From: Diplonema japonicum
Lineage: Eukaryota > Protista > Euglenozoa: Diplonemea
NCBI GenBank assembly: GCA_964019335.1
Contig: OZ025679.1
Span: forward strand, 248,001-312,000
Length of the DNA stretch: 64,000 nt
Direction of reading: 5' to 3'
Below the pieces are notes generated by a model that saw nothing but the letters and a program-made list of their open reading frames with translations, was not told the DNA's origin and made no database searches. The translations under genes were made by a program, and so were the position numbers. The number at the start of each line of letters is the position of its first letter. Positions within the stretch are counted from its first letter, which is position 1. Positions 11,001 through 22,424 of the stretch are shown piece by piece.

Positions 11001-11479
11001 TAAAAAAAAAAAAACTTTTTTTTTGTCAGATCCACTCTGCTATAATCTTCGGCTTTATGGTCCCAACAATGCAGAATGATGATGTGGCTGAGGAGCGAAC
11101 AAGCGGGATATGGACCCATGGGTCTTATGTCATGTCCTTCGTCATAAGCGCGGTCTTGGCAAAGAGCGCGTTGCTGTTCATGTCTTGGACGTGGATACAC
11201 TTTGCGAGCATTATCCTGTCTTTCGTTGCTTACCATCGTATGAGGGAGGGGAAGCTTATCACAACACGCAGTCTTCATCGTTACATACTCGTCGCTACCT
11301 ATGTTTTTGGGAAATGCCGCGTATTATGGCATCTTCAAGGTTATGTATAGTGGTATGAGAAAAAAAAAGGGGGGGGGGAAATTGCCGCAGATCCAAAATA
11401 CTACCTGCTCACGTTGGTCATCGTGACGCTGCTTGTCGTTTTGGAAATCGCTGTCGTGTACTGGGCGAAGGAGGTTTGT

Positions 11480-11531
<52 letters not shown>

Positions 11532-12153
11532 CAATTAACCCCAGATTGATCCCCGCCTTGTGGACCTGGTGAGAGAGAGCATGCATATGAAACAGCACGG
11601 GTTACGGCGGAGTAAACACAAGGCTGGGAAGGATCTTGAGATTCAAGATTTGGAGGGAGATCACAGTAAACCGTTGCTTAAAGGTGAGTATCCTCCAGGG
11701 GGGTCGAATTCGATCGGTTCGCCGCTTGTCGCACTGCAATCCCCCCCGTCCCCTGGGCTGCTGCCCTCACGCCGAGACGAGCGTAAATCTCTGAGGGCTG
11801 CTCGTGATGATGAGCACACACAGGATTCTTCATTGGGCTCACCAACTAACCCATTTAGGGTCAACTTTGCTCAGCTCAATTCTTCACAGTGCTCCGCTTC
11901 GCCTGCGATGAGCCTGCGGTCTGGTTCGCCTTCACAATCCAGCTTCCAGCTGAAAAAGAACAAACCTGCTCTGATGTCTTCACCTTTGCTTGGCGGTCCT
12001 GCACTGGACACCACTAGGCTCGTGTCTCAGATTTCCCTTCTTGAGTACCTTGACGAAGAACTGGAGAAAAATGGCAAAACATCGGGAAGGGGAAGCGATG
12101 CACCCCCTAGAGCCCCTCGTGGGGAAAAGGTGATTTGCATGGACGATTTGTGA
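8077..12153 (+). CDS. P4-type ATPase (phospholipid flippase); predicted introns 10984-11029, 11238-11271, 11353-11390, 11474-11544
   Basis: NFIKTSKY, LDGES, PISL (P4 M4 motif), DKTGTLT, TGDK, GDGAND. Four short GT-AG introns restore a continuous frame ...SWAF|IHSAIIF...YH|LFIVTY...MYS|DPKYY...AKE|IDPRLVD... to the stop at 12153. Confidence 0.93.
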
Positions 12154-12657
12154 TGCGGGTAAGTGTTTTTTTTTTTTTTTTTTTTTTTTTTTTCTTTTTT
12201 TTTTCTTCCCCTTTTTTATGCGAAGTTGGTTTCTTGTGACATAGAAAAAAGAAAAAGAAAAAGAGAAAAAAAAAAAAGAACTTCTAATCTGTGCCCGTTC
12301 TAGTATTTCTTTTTTTTTTTCACTTTGGGACACTAGGTCCTGAAGAATTTAATTAAAAAAAAAAAAAAAAGGAGGTGGTAAAAAAAAAAAAAAACTGGGT
12401 GAGGGAACAGAAACCCCCTTTTTTTTTGAATGCGAAAAAAAAAAAACTGTTAAATGATTTGCGTCGAAAGAAAAAAGAAGAAGAAAAAAGAGGGGGATAT
12501 AGGAAAATTATCACGTGCGCAGGCTGTGCAAGCCTTTACGTATGACTGAACGGTTGTATAGTCCGTCGGTTTCATGGTGAAATAACACCGGGATTGAAAG
12601 AATGCCAAACTCATTGAAAAACAGGGGGGAAAAAAAGAGGGTAGAGAGGGGGAAAAA

Positions 12658-12708
<51 letters not shown>

Positions 12709-12860
12709 AAAAACAAGGATGACCTGGAAAGGGAGTTTAGGCTAACTTTGTCTCCCCCTCGCCTCTGGGTTTTTCGACTTTACTTCCCCCTTTTTTTTCT
12801 CTCTCTTTTTTTTCTTCTTCCCCTCCTTGCCTAGCCTTTGTGACATAAGCTGCAAGGGGC

Positions 12861-12895
<35 letters not shown>

Positions 12896-12896
<1 letters not shown>

Positions 12897-13210
12897 GTGG
12901 TGGGGATAACATGAAAATATAAGAAAAACATCAGATGTGTTGTTCGCTGTTGACCTCCTCGTCGGTCATCACCGGTAGCGCCCGAGTGGAAGAACATAAT
13001 GCAGATGCTCAGGGTGACGAACAGGCAGCAAACTGCACGAGCGCAGAATCTTGGTTACGCACCGGCTGGGGTTGAGCTGTACACCGCACGCATTAAGGAC
13101 ACGACGCGGAACGCAGAAGAAGCTACAACTCGGCCGCGGCGCGCCCCTGTAATCAAGTAGAAAGTTCTTGTGCAGGGCGCCGCCAACACCGGCCTCCTTT
13201 AACTCATATC
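12896..13210 (+). mobile_element. SINE-like non-autonomous element, copy 1
   Basis: Starts right after a long T-run; highly similar to 60774-61000; ends CCTTTAACTCATAT, the same terminus as the LINE fragments at 33083 and 44893. Confidence 0.7.
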
Positions 13211-13285
13211 ATATATATATATATATATTTTTTTTTTCTTTTTCTTTTTTTACAACGAACAGAACAAAGAAAAACAAAGAAAACG

Positions 13286-13327
<42 letters not shown>

Positions 13328-14216
13328 ATGCACCGAATTAAAAAACAAAAAAAAAATGGGCGTAATGATATTCTTTTTTTGTTTTGTTTTATTTTTTTTT
13401 GTTTGTCTTTTTCTTCCCCATTTCTGTTTCCATACCGCAGGAAAAAAAAAAAAAAAAGAAAAAAAAGAAATAAAAAACAGGGAGGGAATAATGATTAGAA
13501 CAAGTAGGAGGCTTCCCCCCCTTTTTTTTGTAACTCGGTTTCAGCCCACAGGGCAGGCCATACATCCATCACTGGCCAGCTTTATCTCTTATATCCCCCC
13601 CCCCCCCTCTTTTTGCTTAAATTGGTATTCTCTGGACTTCAAGCGATCAAAAAAACATTTTTATTGAGGAAATGAACACAATCTGAAGCCTCCCCTCCCT
13701 TCCACTCTCAGGGGAGAGAAGAAAAAAAAAAAAAGAAAAAAAAACCGTGGTGGCCAAGTGCTGCTCATGTGATGTGCTTACATGCTATTACAGTCTTTGT
13801 GTTTCTTGTAATTTCTTTTATTGCCCCCTCCCTAAGGAAGCAGGCAGTGCCGCCCCACTCCCCCTTTCTCCTTTTTTCACTGGCCTCTCCTTGTGCGTTA
13901 CGTTTTGAAAATTCTTCTTCTTTTCTTCTTTTTTTTTTTTTCCTCCTGCAATTCTTTTTTGTTTCTCTTTTTTCTTGAAAAATCTATACACCCCTCACAA
14001 AAAAAAAAAAATGCCCCGCCATCTCCGCCCCTTCTTTTTTTTTCTTTCTCCTGCCTTATGTCTACTTATTTCTTCTTCTTTCCATCCTTGGCTCATCTCC
14101 TTCTTTTTTTTTTTTTTTTTAAATTCCTGTAAAAACCCCTATATAAAAACAAAGGAGGAGGCAGAGGGCAAAAAAAAAAAAAAAAAAAGAAAAAGAAAAA
14201 AAAAAAAAACAACTAA

Positions 14217-14590
14217 ATGACCCTCTCTGTGTTAGTCGCGACGCTGATGGCAAAGTCAGCCCTGCTACCGTGGCTGTATCAAGATGTAGAGGAGAGGGGC
14301 CCCCCGTTCTGGGGCACGATGAGGGATCTGTTCGAACACGAAATCTACCCAAGCTGTGCTGGGACTTCACAGTCCCCTGTCAGCATATACAACACTATAG
14401 GGGAGCCGTCCCTTCATGCCTTGGAATTTGAGTACTTACCTGTCGTCGACTACAATATTTCAAACACCCAGTACGGGATCAAGGTGGAGCTGGAGAAGGG
14501 AACCGGGGGAGGCATTTTAGAGGGCAACCAGGCTGGGAAGCGGTATAACCTAACATCGATTGAAGTTCATGTTCCTGCTGAGGTATTGAG

Positions 14591-14629
<39 letters not shown>

Positions 14630-15396
14630 CACAGCACACAATCGGCGGCTCACAGTACGACATGGAGGTACAGCTTCAGCACACAGCGGTGCCACAGTCG
14701 GAGGACGGGATTAGTTTTAATCAAACGGTATTTTCTTTTTTTTTCTTTTTTTTAAATTCACTTTCCCCTCCCCTCCAGAGAGTAATTGTGTCGATTCTGT
14801 TCATGACAAAAGGAGGGAAAAACCCTGTTTTAAACTTCCTTGAGGAAGCCCCGGGACTTCCTTTACCCGACTTCGAATACTACAAGGACGCCGGCGTGCA
14901 GTACACCTTCAACCTGAGCCAGGTGCGGACAGGGTCTGAGTTAGACGGGAACAAGATGATCATTGATGGGAGTTACTATACGTATATTGGTTCCGACACC
15001 AAGCCTCCTTGTGAAGATAATGTTAAGTGGTTTGTGATGAGCAAGGAGAATAGGATGAGTGCGGGGCAGCTTACAGGGTTCAGAGATCTTATGATGTTTG
15101 ATGCCGCAGAGGCTGCAGCAGTTGCGGCTAGCGCAACAGTCTCTAGCAGCGCGACAATTACCGGAAATGCGAGGCCCTCACAGCCCCTTAATGGGCGGAC
15201 GGTTGCATCGTTCATCACTTCACCGCGACCCATAGCTATGTACTCGGATGATGATGATGATGCATATGTTCTTGGCCTTATCGGCACTGTTGTTTCATGC
15301 ACAACATTGTGCTTCCTTATTTTGTTCATCCTCATTAGAAGGCGATCGACATCCGGCCCCTCTGCCAACGGAACAAACCCGGATCATCAGATGTGA
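14217..15396 (+). CDS. Alpha-carbonic-anhydrase-like type I membrane protein, probably acatalytic; introns 14583-14634 and 14728-14778
   Basis: WLY, C..QSPVSI, PAEH.IGG..Y.MEVQ, YYTYIGSDTKPPCEDNVKWFV, GNARPSQPLNGR; N-terminal hydrophobic leader and C-terminal TM followed by RRR. Confidence 0.88.
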
Positions 15397-15462
15397 GGGT
15401 GTTTTTTTTTTTTTTTTTGCTAACAAAACAAAAGACAAAAAAAAAAGATAGAAATCCAGGGG

Positions 15463-15543
15463 GGGGATAGAATGCAGGTAGAAGTTGAGAACAAAATGGG
15501 AGGGGCGTCTCTCAAAGACTTCCTTTTTTAAACTCATATATAT
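15463..15543 (+). repeat. Degenerate LINE 3'-end fragment (33083/44893 family)
   Basis: GGGGATAG..TGCAGGTAGA..TGAGAACAA..GGGGCGTCTC.CAAAGACTTCCTTT..AACTCATATAT matches the end of 33083-33320. Confidence 0.7.
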
Positions 15544-15810
15544 TTAGTTTTCTCTCTTCCCCCTTCCCCCCCCTTCGTTTTACATTTTTTTTCCTTTTTT
15601 TTTTTTTTTTACAACAAAGAGGAAGAAAAAAAACTCTCGGGCACGATATATGAGCTGCATCTACGTGTTTTCTATTCCCTTTTTTTTTTCCAATAAAGAA
15701 AAAAAGAAAGAGAATGCGTTAAGAAGGAAGAAAAATAAAATAAAACAAAATAAAATAAAGGTGATTTGACTCATAAAGTTACTTACGCCCGACATTTTTT
15801 TTCCTCCCAC

Positions 15811-15841
<31 letters not shown>

Positions 15842-15941
15842 AAAAAAAAAAAAAGCACGCCTTGCTTCCATGTTATTTTTTTTTTTTTTTTTGTTTTTTA
15901 CCCATCAGGATTCCCCCCCCGTTCCACCTACTGTATCCGTC

Positions 15942-15977
<36 letters not shown>

Positions 15978-16057
15978 AATTTTTTTTTTTATTCTTTTTC
16001 AATGTTACCCGTGAACAAAAAATAAAAAGGAGAGTGAGGGGAAGAAGAAAAAAAAAA

Positions 16058-17062
16058 ATGTTAACTATCATTCTCCTCCTTGCTGAGATGACTGTATCAA
16101 CAGCACCAGGCCCTACTAGCGGGGCATCGTTGACTCAGGAGTGGCTGTACTCAAATGTACCCGGAAGGGGCCCGTCATCTTGGCCGGTAAATTACCCACA
16201 TTGCGGTGAAGATGATCAAAGCCCTGTAGATATAAGGGCTTTAGATGCCTTGCAAGACTCGGGCCTCAAGGCGTTGGACACTAAATACCCCGAGGAGAGC
16301 AAGGGTTACTCAGTGACGCACTCCCAAACATCAGTTTCAGTAAAATTCGGAATAACCACTGGTGAGATCAGCCTGGTGGACCCCAACGCTCAGAACCATC
16401 AGTATGCCGTAAGCGAGATCAACGTGAAGGTCCCTGCAGAGCATTCCATCAGCGGACTTTCAATGGACTTGGAGATCCAAATTGTACATACCTCAACGGT
16501 TGTGGGAAGCAATCAGAAATTGGTCATTTCATTGTTGTTCGAGGAAGGCGGTGGCAGACACACCTGGCTGTCAGAATTTATAGAGCTGATCCCCGCAGCG
16601 CCACTGCCGCATTTAGATCACTATGACAACCCTAACCTCTCCTTTAAAGAGTCTGCAAAGGAGCTAATACAAAAAAGTTTCAAAATAACCGAGCTTTTAC
16701 CTGGACGAAGGGACTTCTTCACATATGAAGGTTCCGAGACCTCACCGCCGTGTGGTGGTAATGTGACGTGGTATGTGATGAGCACTGTGGGCCGGGTCTC
16801 AGCGGCGCAGGTTCACGAACTTGAAGCCGCGCTTCTTATTCCCCAGGAAAAGGAATTGTTGAAGACCCGCTTCGGTGATACATCATACCTAGGACCGTCG
16901 AGGCCCTTGCAGTCGTTAAACTCGAGGACCATCCGTTCCTTCACAGATATAGGCGGTCCCTTCGACCGCACTGATAAAGATAGAGTCCGGTTGGGAACAA
17001 TCGGCACCGTTATCGGTATTTCGACGTTCTTGGGTGTGGTGTTGAACTTGCTGTTTACATAA
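16058..17062 (+). CDS. Second alpha-carbonic-anhydrase-like membrane protein, acatalytic
   Basis: WLY...GPSSWP..YPHC..DQSPVDI, PAEHSISG..MDLEIQIVH, FFTYEGSETSPPC..VTWYV, RPLQSLNSR; signal peptide and C-terminal hydrophobic segment. Confidence 0.88.
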   Translation: MLTIILLLAEMTVSTAPGPTSGASLTQEWLYSNVPGRGPSSWPVNYPHCGEDDQSPVDIRALDALQDSGLKALDTKYPEESKGYSVTHSQTSVSVKFGITTGEISLVDPNAQNHQYAVSEINVKVPAEHSISGLSMDLEIQIVHTSTVVGSNQKLVISLLFEEGGGRHTWLSEFIELIPAAPLPHLDHYDNPNLSFKESAKELIQKSFKITELLPGRRDFFTYEGSETSPPCGGNVTWYVMSTVGRVSAAQVHELEAALLIPQEKELLKTRFGDTSYLGPSRPLQSLNSRTIRSFTDIGGPFDRTDKDRVRLGTIGTVIGISTFLGVVLNLLFT

Positions 17063-17140
17063 GTGTGGTGAATGACTTCTTTTTTTTTTAATTTAATTGT
17101 AAAGACTTTATATATACCAGCAGGAGTGAGGAGGGCACAT

Positions 17141-18200
17141 ATGGAGGATATCGACTTCATGGTCAGTTGTACAACGGCCGCTTGCACGCCGGGACGTACA
17201 CCTTTGCCACTGAGCCCACCGAAGCCCTTTCAGAACGAAGGGGTCGAGCTGGATTTCAACACATCCCCCAGTGAGGTGTCGCAACCGTTGGCCAGGCCTC
17301 TGAACATCCCTTATGGGAAGACGCGGAACGAAAGGGACACACTGTCGCAGGAAGCACAGAACACGCTGGCGGAAGTAGACCATATCCAAGCGATTTTAAA
17401 GGGCGGGTTGGAGAGGCTGGAAAGAAGCTGTTCGGTTCCCCCCCCGCCGCCGCCACAGGACTTGGGCAATGGGTTGGATAAAAACAGTGATAGAAACACC
17501 GAGGAGTTGAAAAGAATGTTGGAAGAGGCGCTCATGGGCAAGGCGAAGGTAGAGGCAGAGAGGAATGCGTTGCGGGAAGCAGCGTTGAACAGCAAGACAG
17601 AGCTGCAAAGGGCGCAGGCAGCGTTGAGCGATGCTGTTGCTGCATTGGGCTTCCCGTCGTCGGGGCCCACCTCAACACGTAGCAAGGCACCGCCCCCACC
17701 CCTCCGGCAGGTGAATGTCACTGCTGGCGGCCGTTCAGTAAGCCCGCCAGCTCGCATCCCTGTTGACCACGCACCAAGGAAGGCCCGAGCACCGTTATCC
17801 AGACTCGACTCCAATCGCCGAACCCTCTCTTCAGGAGCTGCTGTGAAACCTGTAACCTTTAGGGTTAAGCACGACCCTTATCCAACTGTGCCTGTCACTG
17901 TCCCTTCTGTGGGGCACAATACCAATGAGTCCTACGTCTTTAGCAAGCCAACGTCCACGAGAACCAAATCCTCTGCAGCTGAGGCAGGACGTGCGGCTCA
18001 GGGGGTGAAATTGAAAAGGAGCAGAAAACCAATCAAAGTTGTTCCGGTACGTTCTTTGGGAGGGGGGGGGGGGGGGGGGTGGATTGAACAAAATAAAAAA
18101 TCCTCAGGTGATAAACGCAGGTATGCCGCGCACCCTGAGCAACAGTGCCAGGATGCGAAGGTCGTCCAGCAACGGGGTCGGGAGGTCGTTTAATTTTTAA
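17141..18200 (+). CDS. Hypothetical Pro/Ser-rich protein with a coiled coil; predicted intron 18047-18107
   Basis: Long ORF with a heptad segment (TEELKRMLEE...AALSDAVAAL). A GT-AG intron removes the G-run and gives VINAGMPRTLS...SFNF*. Confidence 0.65.
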
Positions 18201-18533
18201 GGGAGGGAAGAATGAGGAAAGAAAAAAAAAAAAGGATACAATAAAAGGATTTTAGATTAGATAGATACAACCCTTCACCCCCCTCCCCTTTTTTTTGCCC
18301 CTCTTCTTCTTTTTTTTGTTTTCAAAAAACCCTTAGCCCTTTCCCCTGTTCATTAGATTGGTGATACTCAAAGGTGTTAATTGTTATTTGCCTCATTACC
18401 ACTGCCTCTTCGACATGCAATCGCAGTACGCCCCTGGTTGAGGACCCTAAGGCCGACATCATCAACCTGCCGGGCGACCGCATAGGCTTGCAAATTTTAT
18501 ATCCATACAAACAGCTGAAAGAAAGAAAATAAA

Positions 18534-19727
18534 ATGGGCGTCGCTGGAACTGACAACTACAACCCACTCTCCATCAAGGAGGGCGACTTCACAAACAAGG
18601 AAACTGTGGAGGTGAAGGACCAGGCGTACAATGTTGAGGTGAAGAAGAGCACCCCTCGCGATGTGCTGCGCTGCACACGCCGCTGCAGGCCTGGGGTGAC
18701 ACCGGAGGCTCTCGTGTCGAGGGCCCTGCACCCCTCTGACAACATAAACGGTGACGAGGTAACGAGGGAGGTGAAATACCCAGCACTGTGCGAGCCGGTG
18801 AAGTACGTCCTGACAAAGCGACAGGGGGTGGCGGAAGACGGGAGGAGGGCCTTCCTGCAGCTCACAACGAACCTTGAAAAGCAAGGCAAAGACACTGACC
18901 TGTCCATGGACCAACTGTGCGAGGCGGTGGCCGATGGTGATGAGATCATCTTCACCGTCTACGAGATGCACAACGATGGGCTCGATGAAAGCGATGAAAT
19001 GGATGATCTGTACCCCAATGCCTTGGCATGGCTGATGCACAGGATGGTGCATGGTGAGGACATCGTGCAGGGCACGCTGGGCCACCTGACAGAAGGTGTC
19101 GTCGAGAACTTCAAACGCTCCGCCACCGACACCACGAACTACGTCATGTGGAAGGAGGTCAATGTGAAGGCTTTGGGGCAGAAGATCCAAATCTGGAGGA
19201 AGCCTGAGGCAGACGGGCTCCCCGCATCATACCGCATGGAGGTCGTCCTGGAGGGGTCAGCAGAGGACTTCTTAGCATTGACAGAGCACATGTGTGTAGA
19301 GGGGAGCATTGTGAAGAAGGAACTGTCACCCGACACAGTGCTGGAAGAAGTTCTCGATGATGACGACAGTGTGACCCTCTTCCGGTCTGTTGAGAAGCTT
19401 GGACCGTGGCCCATGAAGAAGAGGGAGTTCGTGGGTGTGTCTGTGACGGCTTGGGACGAGGACAGCACAATGTACATCGTGCAGAAGTCCATCACCGATG
19501 ATTCCTACCCTGTGGGCAAGAACCTGATCCGCGCGACTCTTCATGAGGAAGGCTATGCAGTCACTCCTCTGTTGAAGAATGAGATCAAGGTAACTCAGTT
19601 GCTCCAGGTTGATCTGGTGGGCATCTCGGATTCTCTCATCGGGAAGGAGATGGTTGAAGAAGCAAAGGGCTATGCCAAGGTTCAGAAGCTCCTTAAGAGT
19701 ATCGATTCCTGGTACCAAGAAGATTGA
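18534..19727 (+). CDS. START/SRPBCC-domain lipid-binding-like protein, paralogue 1
   Basis: PWPMKKREFV, YIVQKSI.DDSYP...IRA...GY.VTP...VTQL.QVDL match START consensus (PWP..R.FV, S..HP..P..RA, G..I.P, T....DP); GC3-rich. Confidence 0.75.
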   Translation: MGVAGTDNYNPLSIKEGDFTNKETVEVKDQAYNVEVKKSTPRDVLRCTRRCRPGVTPEALVSRALHPSDNINGDEVTREVKYPALCEPVKYVLTKRQGVAEDGRRAFLQLTTNLEKQGKDTDLSMDQLCEAVADGDEIIFTVYEMHNDGLDESDEMDDLYPNALAWLMHRMVHGEDIVQGTLGHLTEGVVENFKRSATDTTNYVMWKEVNVKALGQKIQIWRKPEADGLPASYRMEVVLEGSAEDFLALTEHMCVEGSIVKKELSPDTVLEEVLDDDDSVTLFRSVEKLGPWPMKKREFVGVSVTAWDEDSTMYIVQKSITDDSYPVGKNLIRATLHEEGYAVTPLLKNEIKVTQLLQVDLVGISDSLIGKEMVEEAKGYAKVQKLLKSIDSWYQED

Positions 19728-20313
19728 GTCGGAGTAATACTCTTCTTTTCTTTTGCTCAATTTGTTTCCCCATTCCTTTCAAAAAATTAAAAAAAAGAAG
19801 AAAAAACAGAAATCAGAAAAAGGGGGGGAAAAAAACCTGTCGAAATTGGTTCTTTTTTGCCCTCACACCATCTTTTTCTGTTGCTTATAAATATGATGGA
19901 GTAATGATGAAAAGGGGGAGGGGGAAAGAACTTCTCGCTGATAACAGTGAAAGTTTTTTTTTTTCTTACCCAATTCCCCCTTTTCACATCTGATGCAGGA
20001 AAGGGAAAAAAAAAAGGAATTTCAATTCGAATCCATCTAACTCCAACCTCTTATGCAAGGTAACCTACCTTCATTTATTGTAAAAAAAAAGGGGGAGGGG
20101 GAAGGGTTAGAAGAAAACCAAACCTAACCAAGTCGTTAGTTTTCTTTTTCACTTCTCTCTTGCGAACTCCATTTCCACGCCCTATTTTTTGTTTCCTTCC
20201 ACCACAACGAGGCTGCCCTCTTGTGAATGGTTCTTTTTGCTTCCTGTGTTTTTTGTTTCAACAATTGTCATACATAAGCAAAACAAAATAGTTAGAAAAA
20301 AAAAACCACCAAA

Positions 20314-21492
20314 ATGGGCGTTGCCATGACTGAGAACCCACTCTCCATCAAGGAGGGCGACTTCACAAACACGGAAACTGTGGAGGTGAAGGACCAGGCG
20401 TACAATGTTGAGGTGAAGAAGAGCACCCCTCGCGATGTGCTGCGCTGCACACGCCGCTGCAGGCCTGGGGTGACACCGGAGGCTCTCGTGTCGAGGGCCC
20501 TGCACCCCTCTGACAACATAAACGGTGACGAGGTAACGAGGGAGGTGAAATACCCAGCACTGTGCGAGCCGGTGAGGAGCGTCCTGACAAAGCGACAGGG
20601 GGTGGCGGAAGACGGGAGGAGGGCCTTCCTGCAGCTCACAACGAACCTTGAAAAGCAAGGCAAAGACACTCCCGACCGGTACATGAACCAGATGTGTGAG
20701 GCTGTGGCCGATGGTGATGAGATCATCCTCACTGTCTACGAGACGCTCGGCGAAAACGATAAACTGAACGAGCTGGGCCCCAATGCCTTGGCATGGCTGA
20801 TGCACAGGATGGTGCATGGTGAGGACATCGTGCAGGGCACGCTGGGCCACCTGACAGAAGGTGTCGTCGAGAACTTCAAACGCTCCGCCACCGACACCAC
20901 GAACTACGTCATGTGGAAGGAGGTCAATGTGAAGGCTTTGGGGCAGACGATAAAGATCTGGAAGAAACCTAAAGCAGACGGGCTCCCCGCATCATACCGC
21001 ATGGAGGCCGTCCTGGAGGGGTCAGCAGAGGACTTCATGGGAGTGATGGAGTACACGTCCATGACAGGCAGCGTTGTTCAGAAGGAACTGTCACCCGACA
21101 CAGAGTCGCAAGAAGTGCTTGTGGACGATGGGAGTGTGACCCTCTTCCGGTCTGTTGAGAAGCTTGGACCGTGGCCCATGAAGAAGAGGGAATATGTAGG
21201 TGTGTCTGTGACGGCTTGGGACGAGGACAGCACAATGTACATCGTGCAGAAGTCCATCACCGATGATTCCTACCCTGTGGGCAAGAACCTGATCCGCGCG
21301 ACCCTTCATGAAGTAGGCTATGTTGTCACACCTCTTAGCAGCTCTGAGATCAGGGTGACACAGTTGTTCCAGGTTGATCTTGTTAAAATATCCGAGTCGG
21401 TTGTCGAGAGTGAAATGGCAACTGCAGCAAAAAGCTTTGCCACCCTGCAGAAGATGCTGCACACGATAGAGACGTGGTACCATCACGAGTAG
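20314..21492 (+). CDS. START/SRPBCC-domain protein, paralogue 2 (tandem duplicate)
   Basis: Long nucleotide-identical tracts shared with 18534-19727; same motifs. Confidence 0.75.
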   Translation: MGVAMTENPLSIKEGDFTNTETVEVKDQAYNVEVKKSTPRDVLRCTRRCRPGVTPEALVSRALHPSDNINGDEVTREVKYPALCEPVRSVLTKRQGVAEDGRRAFLQLTTNLEKQGKDTPDRYMNQMCEAVADGDEIILTVYETLGENDKLNELGPNALAWLMHRMVHGEDIVQGTLGHLTEGVVENFKRSATDTTNYVMWKEVNVKALGQTIKIWKKPKADGLPASYRMEAVLEGSAEDFMGVMEYTSMTGSVVQKELSPDTESQEVLVDDGSVTLFRSVEKLGPWPMKKREYVGVSVTAWDEDSTMYIVQKSITDDSYPVGKNLIRATLHEVGYVVTPLSSSEIRVTQLFQVDLVKISESVVESEMATAAKSFATLQKMLHTIETWYHHE

Positions 21493-21510
21493 AAGAAGAT
21501 GATGAGGTGG

Positions 21511-21548
<38 letters not shown>

Positions 21549-21965
21549 TATTCTCAATTCTCTCCTAGCATTATAAACACACGCAAAAAAAAAAAAAAAA
21601 AAAATGAAAAAGAAAAAAGGAAAAAAAAAAAAAAAAAAAAAAAAAACGAAATTCTAATGTAACCAGAGTTTTCTCTTCTTTTTTTTTTTTTGAAAATTTC
21701 TGGTTGATTATAAAACAGAGAACAAAAAAGGGGGTAAGGGAGAAAAGGGGATGCGAAGGAACTGTTTGAATAACTACTAAAGACTGATAACGGTGGATAG
21801 TGGTGTTTCTTATTGGGCCTCCCTTTGCTTTCCTTCCCCTCCCCCCTTTTTTTTCTTCTTCTTTTACTTTTCTCTGTCCCTTCTTCTTTCTGATGGGGGT
21901 CATTCGCTAGCACTTTTTCTCTCCCCCATCGCCAGAAAGAATTTCTTGTATTCTTTTTTTGTCGT

Positions 21966-22005
21966 AAGGCGATCCTGTCACATACTGCAGGTACCATTCA
22001 AAGTC
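21966..22005 (+). repeat. Micro-fragment of the LINE 3' end (4806-7890 family)
   Basis: AGGCGATCCTGTCACATACTGCAGGTACCATTCAAAGTC resembles AGGCGTCCTGCCACATACCGCAGGTACCCTTAAATGTC at 7850-7888. Confidence 0.6.
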
Positions 22006-22197
22006 ATCTTTATTTAACTGGGGAACTGAATTGTGGGAACTGAATTTCTTCTCGCTATCGGCCTTCCCCCCTACCTTCCACCATTTTCATTTTTTCCTCC
22101 TTTTTTATTTTCTGACTTGTTTTCCTTTTTTTTTTAAAGAAGAGAGAGGGCGGGGAGAAAAAAGTTCAAAAAAAAAAAAAAAAACGAGAAAAGAAAA

Positions 22198-22290
22198 AAA
22201 GAGTAGTGGTAGCATTGTTGGGCTTATCCGTTTTAAACGGTAACCCCGGCTGTACACACACACGCACACATAACAATCAACCGACTCTTT
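22198..22290 (+). repeat. Dispersed repeat related to the tandem unit at 61701-61940
   Basis: AAGAGTAGTGGTAGCATTGTTGGGCTTATCC...TAACCCCGGCTGT.CACA...AACAATCAACCGACTCTTT is shared. Confidence 0.8.
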
Positions 22291-22424
22291 CTTTTTTTTA
22301 AAATTTAATTTTCTTTCCTCCTTTGCCCTCTTCTTTCCCCTCTCTGTGGTTATTATTATCCCCATTATTTTCTCCTCCCCCCAACCTTCTTTTCCAGGAA
22401 ATTAAAAAAAAAAAAAAAATAGCA

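Noticed and set aside
16058-18200. Fusion of the CA-like gene with the downstream ORF via an intron
   Set aside because: The CA frame ends in TAA after a complete hydrophobic tail, and I found no convincing donor/acceptor pair; cannot be excluded without RNA data.
18462-20850. Long minus-strand ORFs opposite the START, phosphatase, RT and other genes
   Set aside because: Antisense shadows of GC3-rich coding sequence; no motifs.
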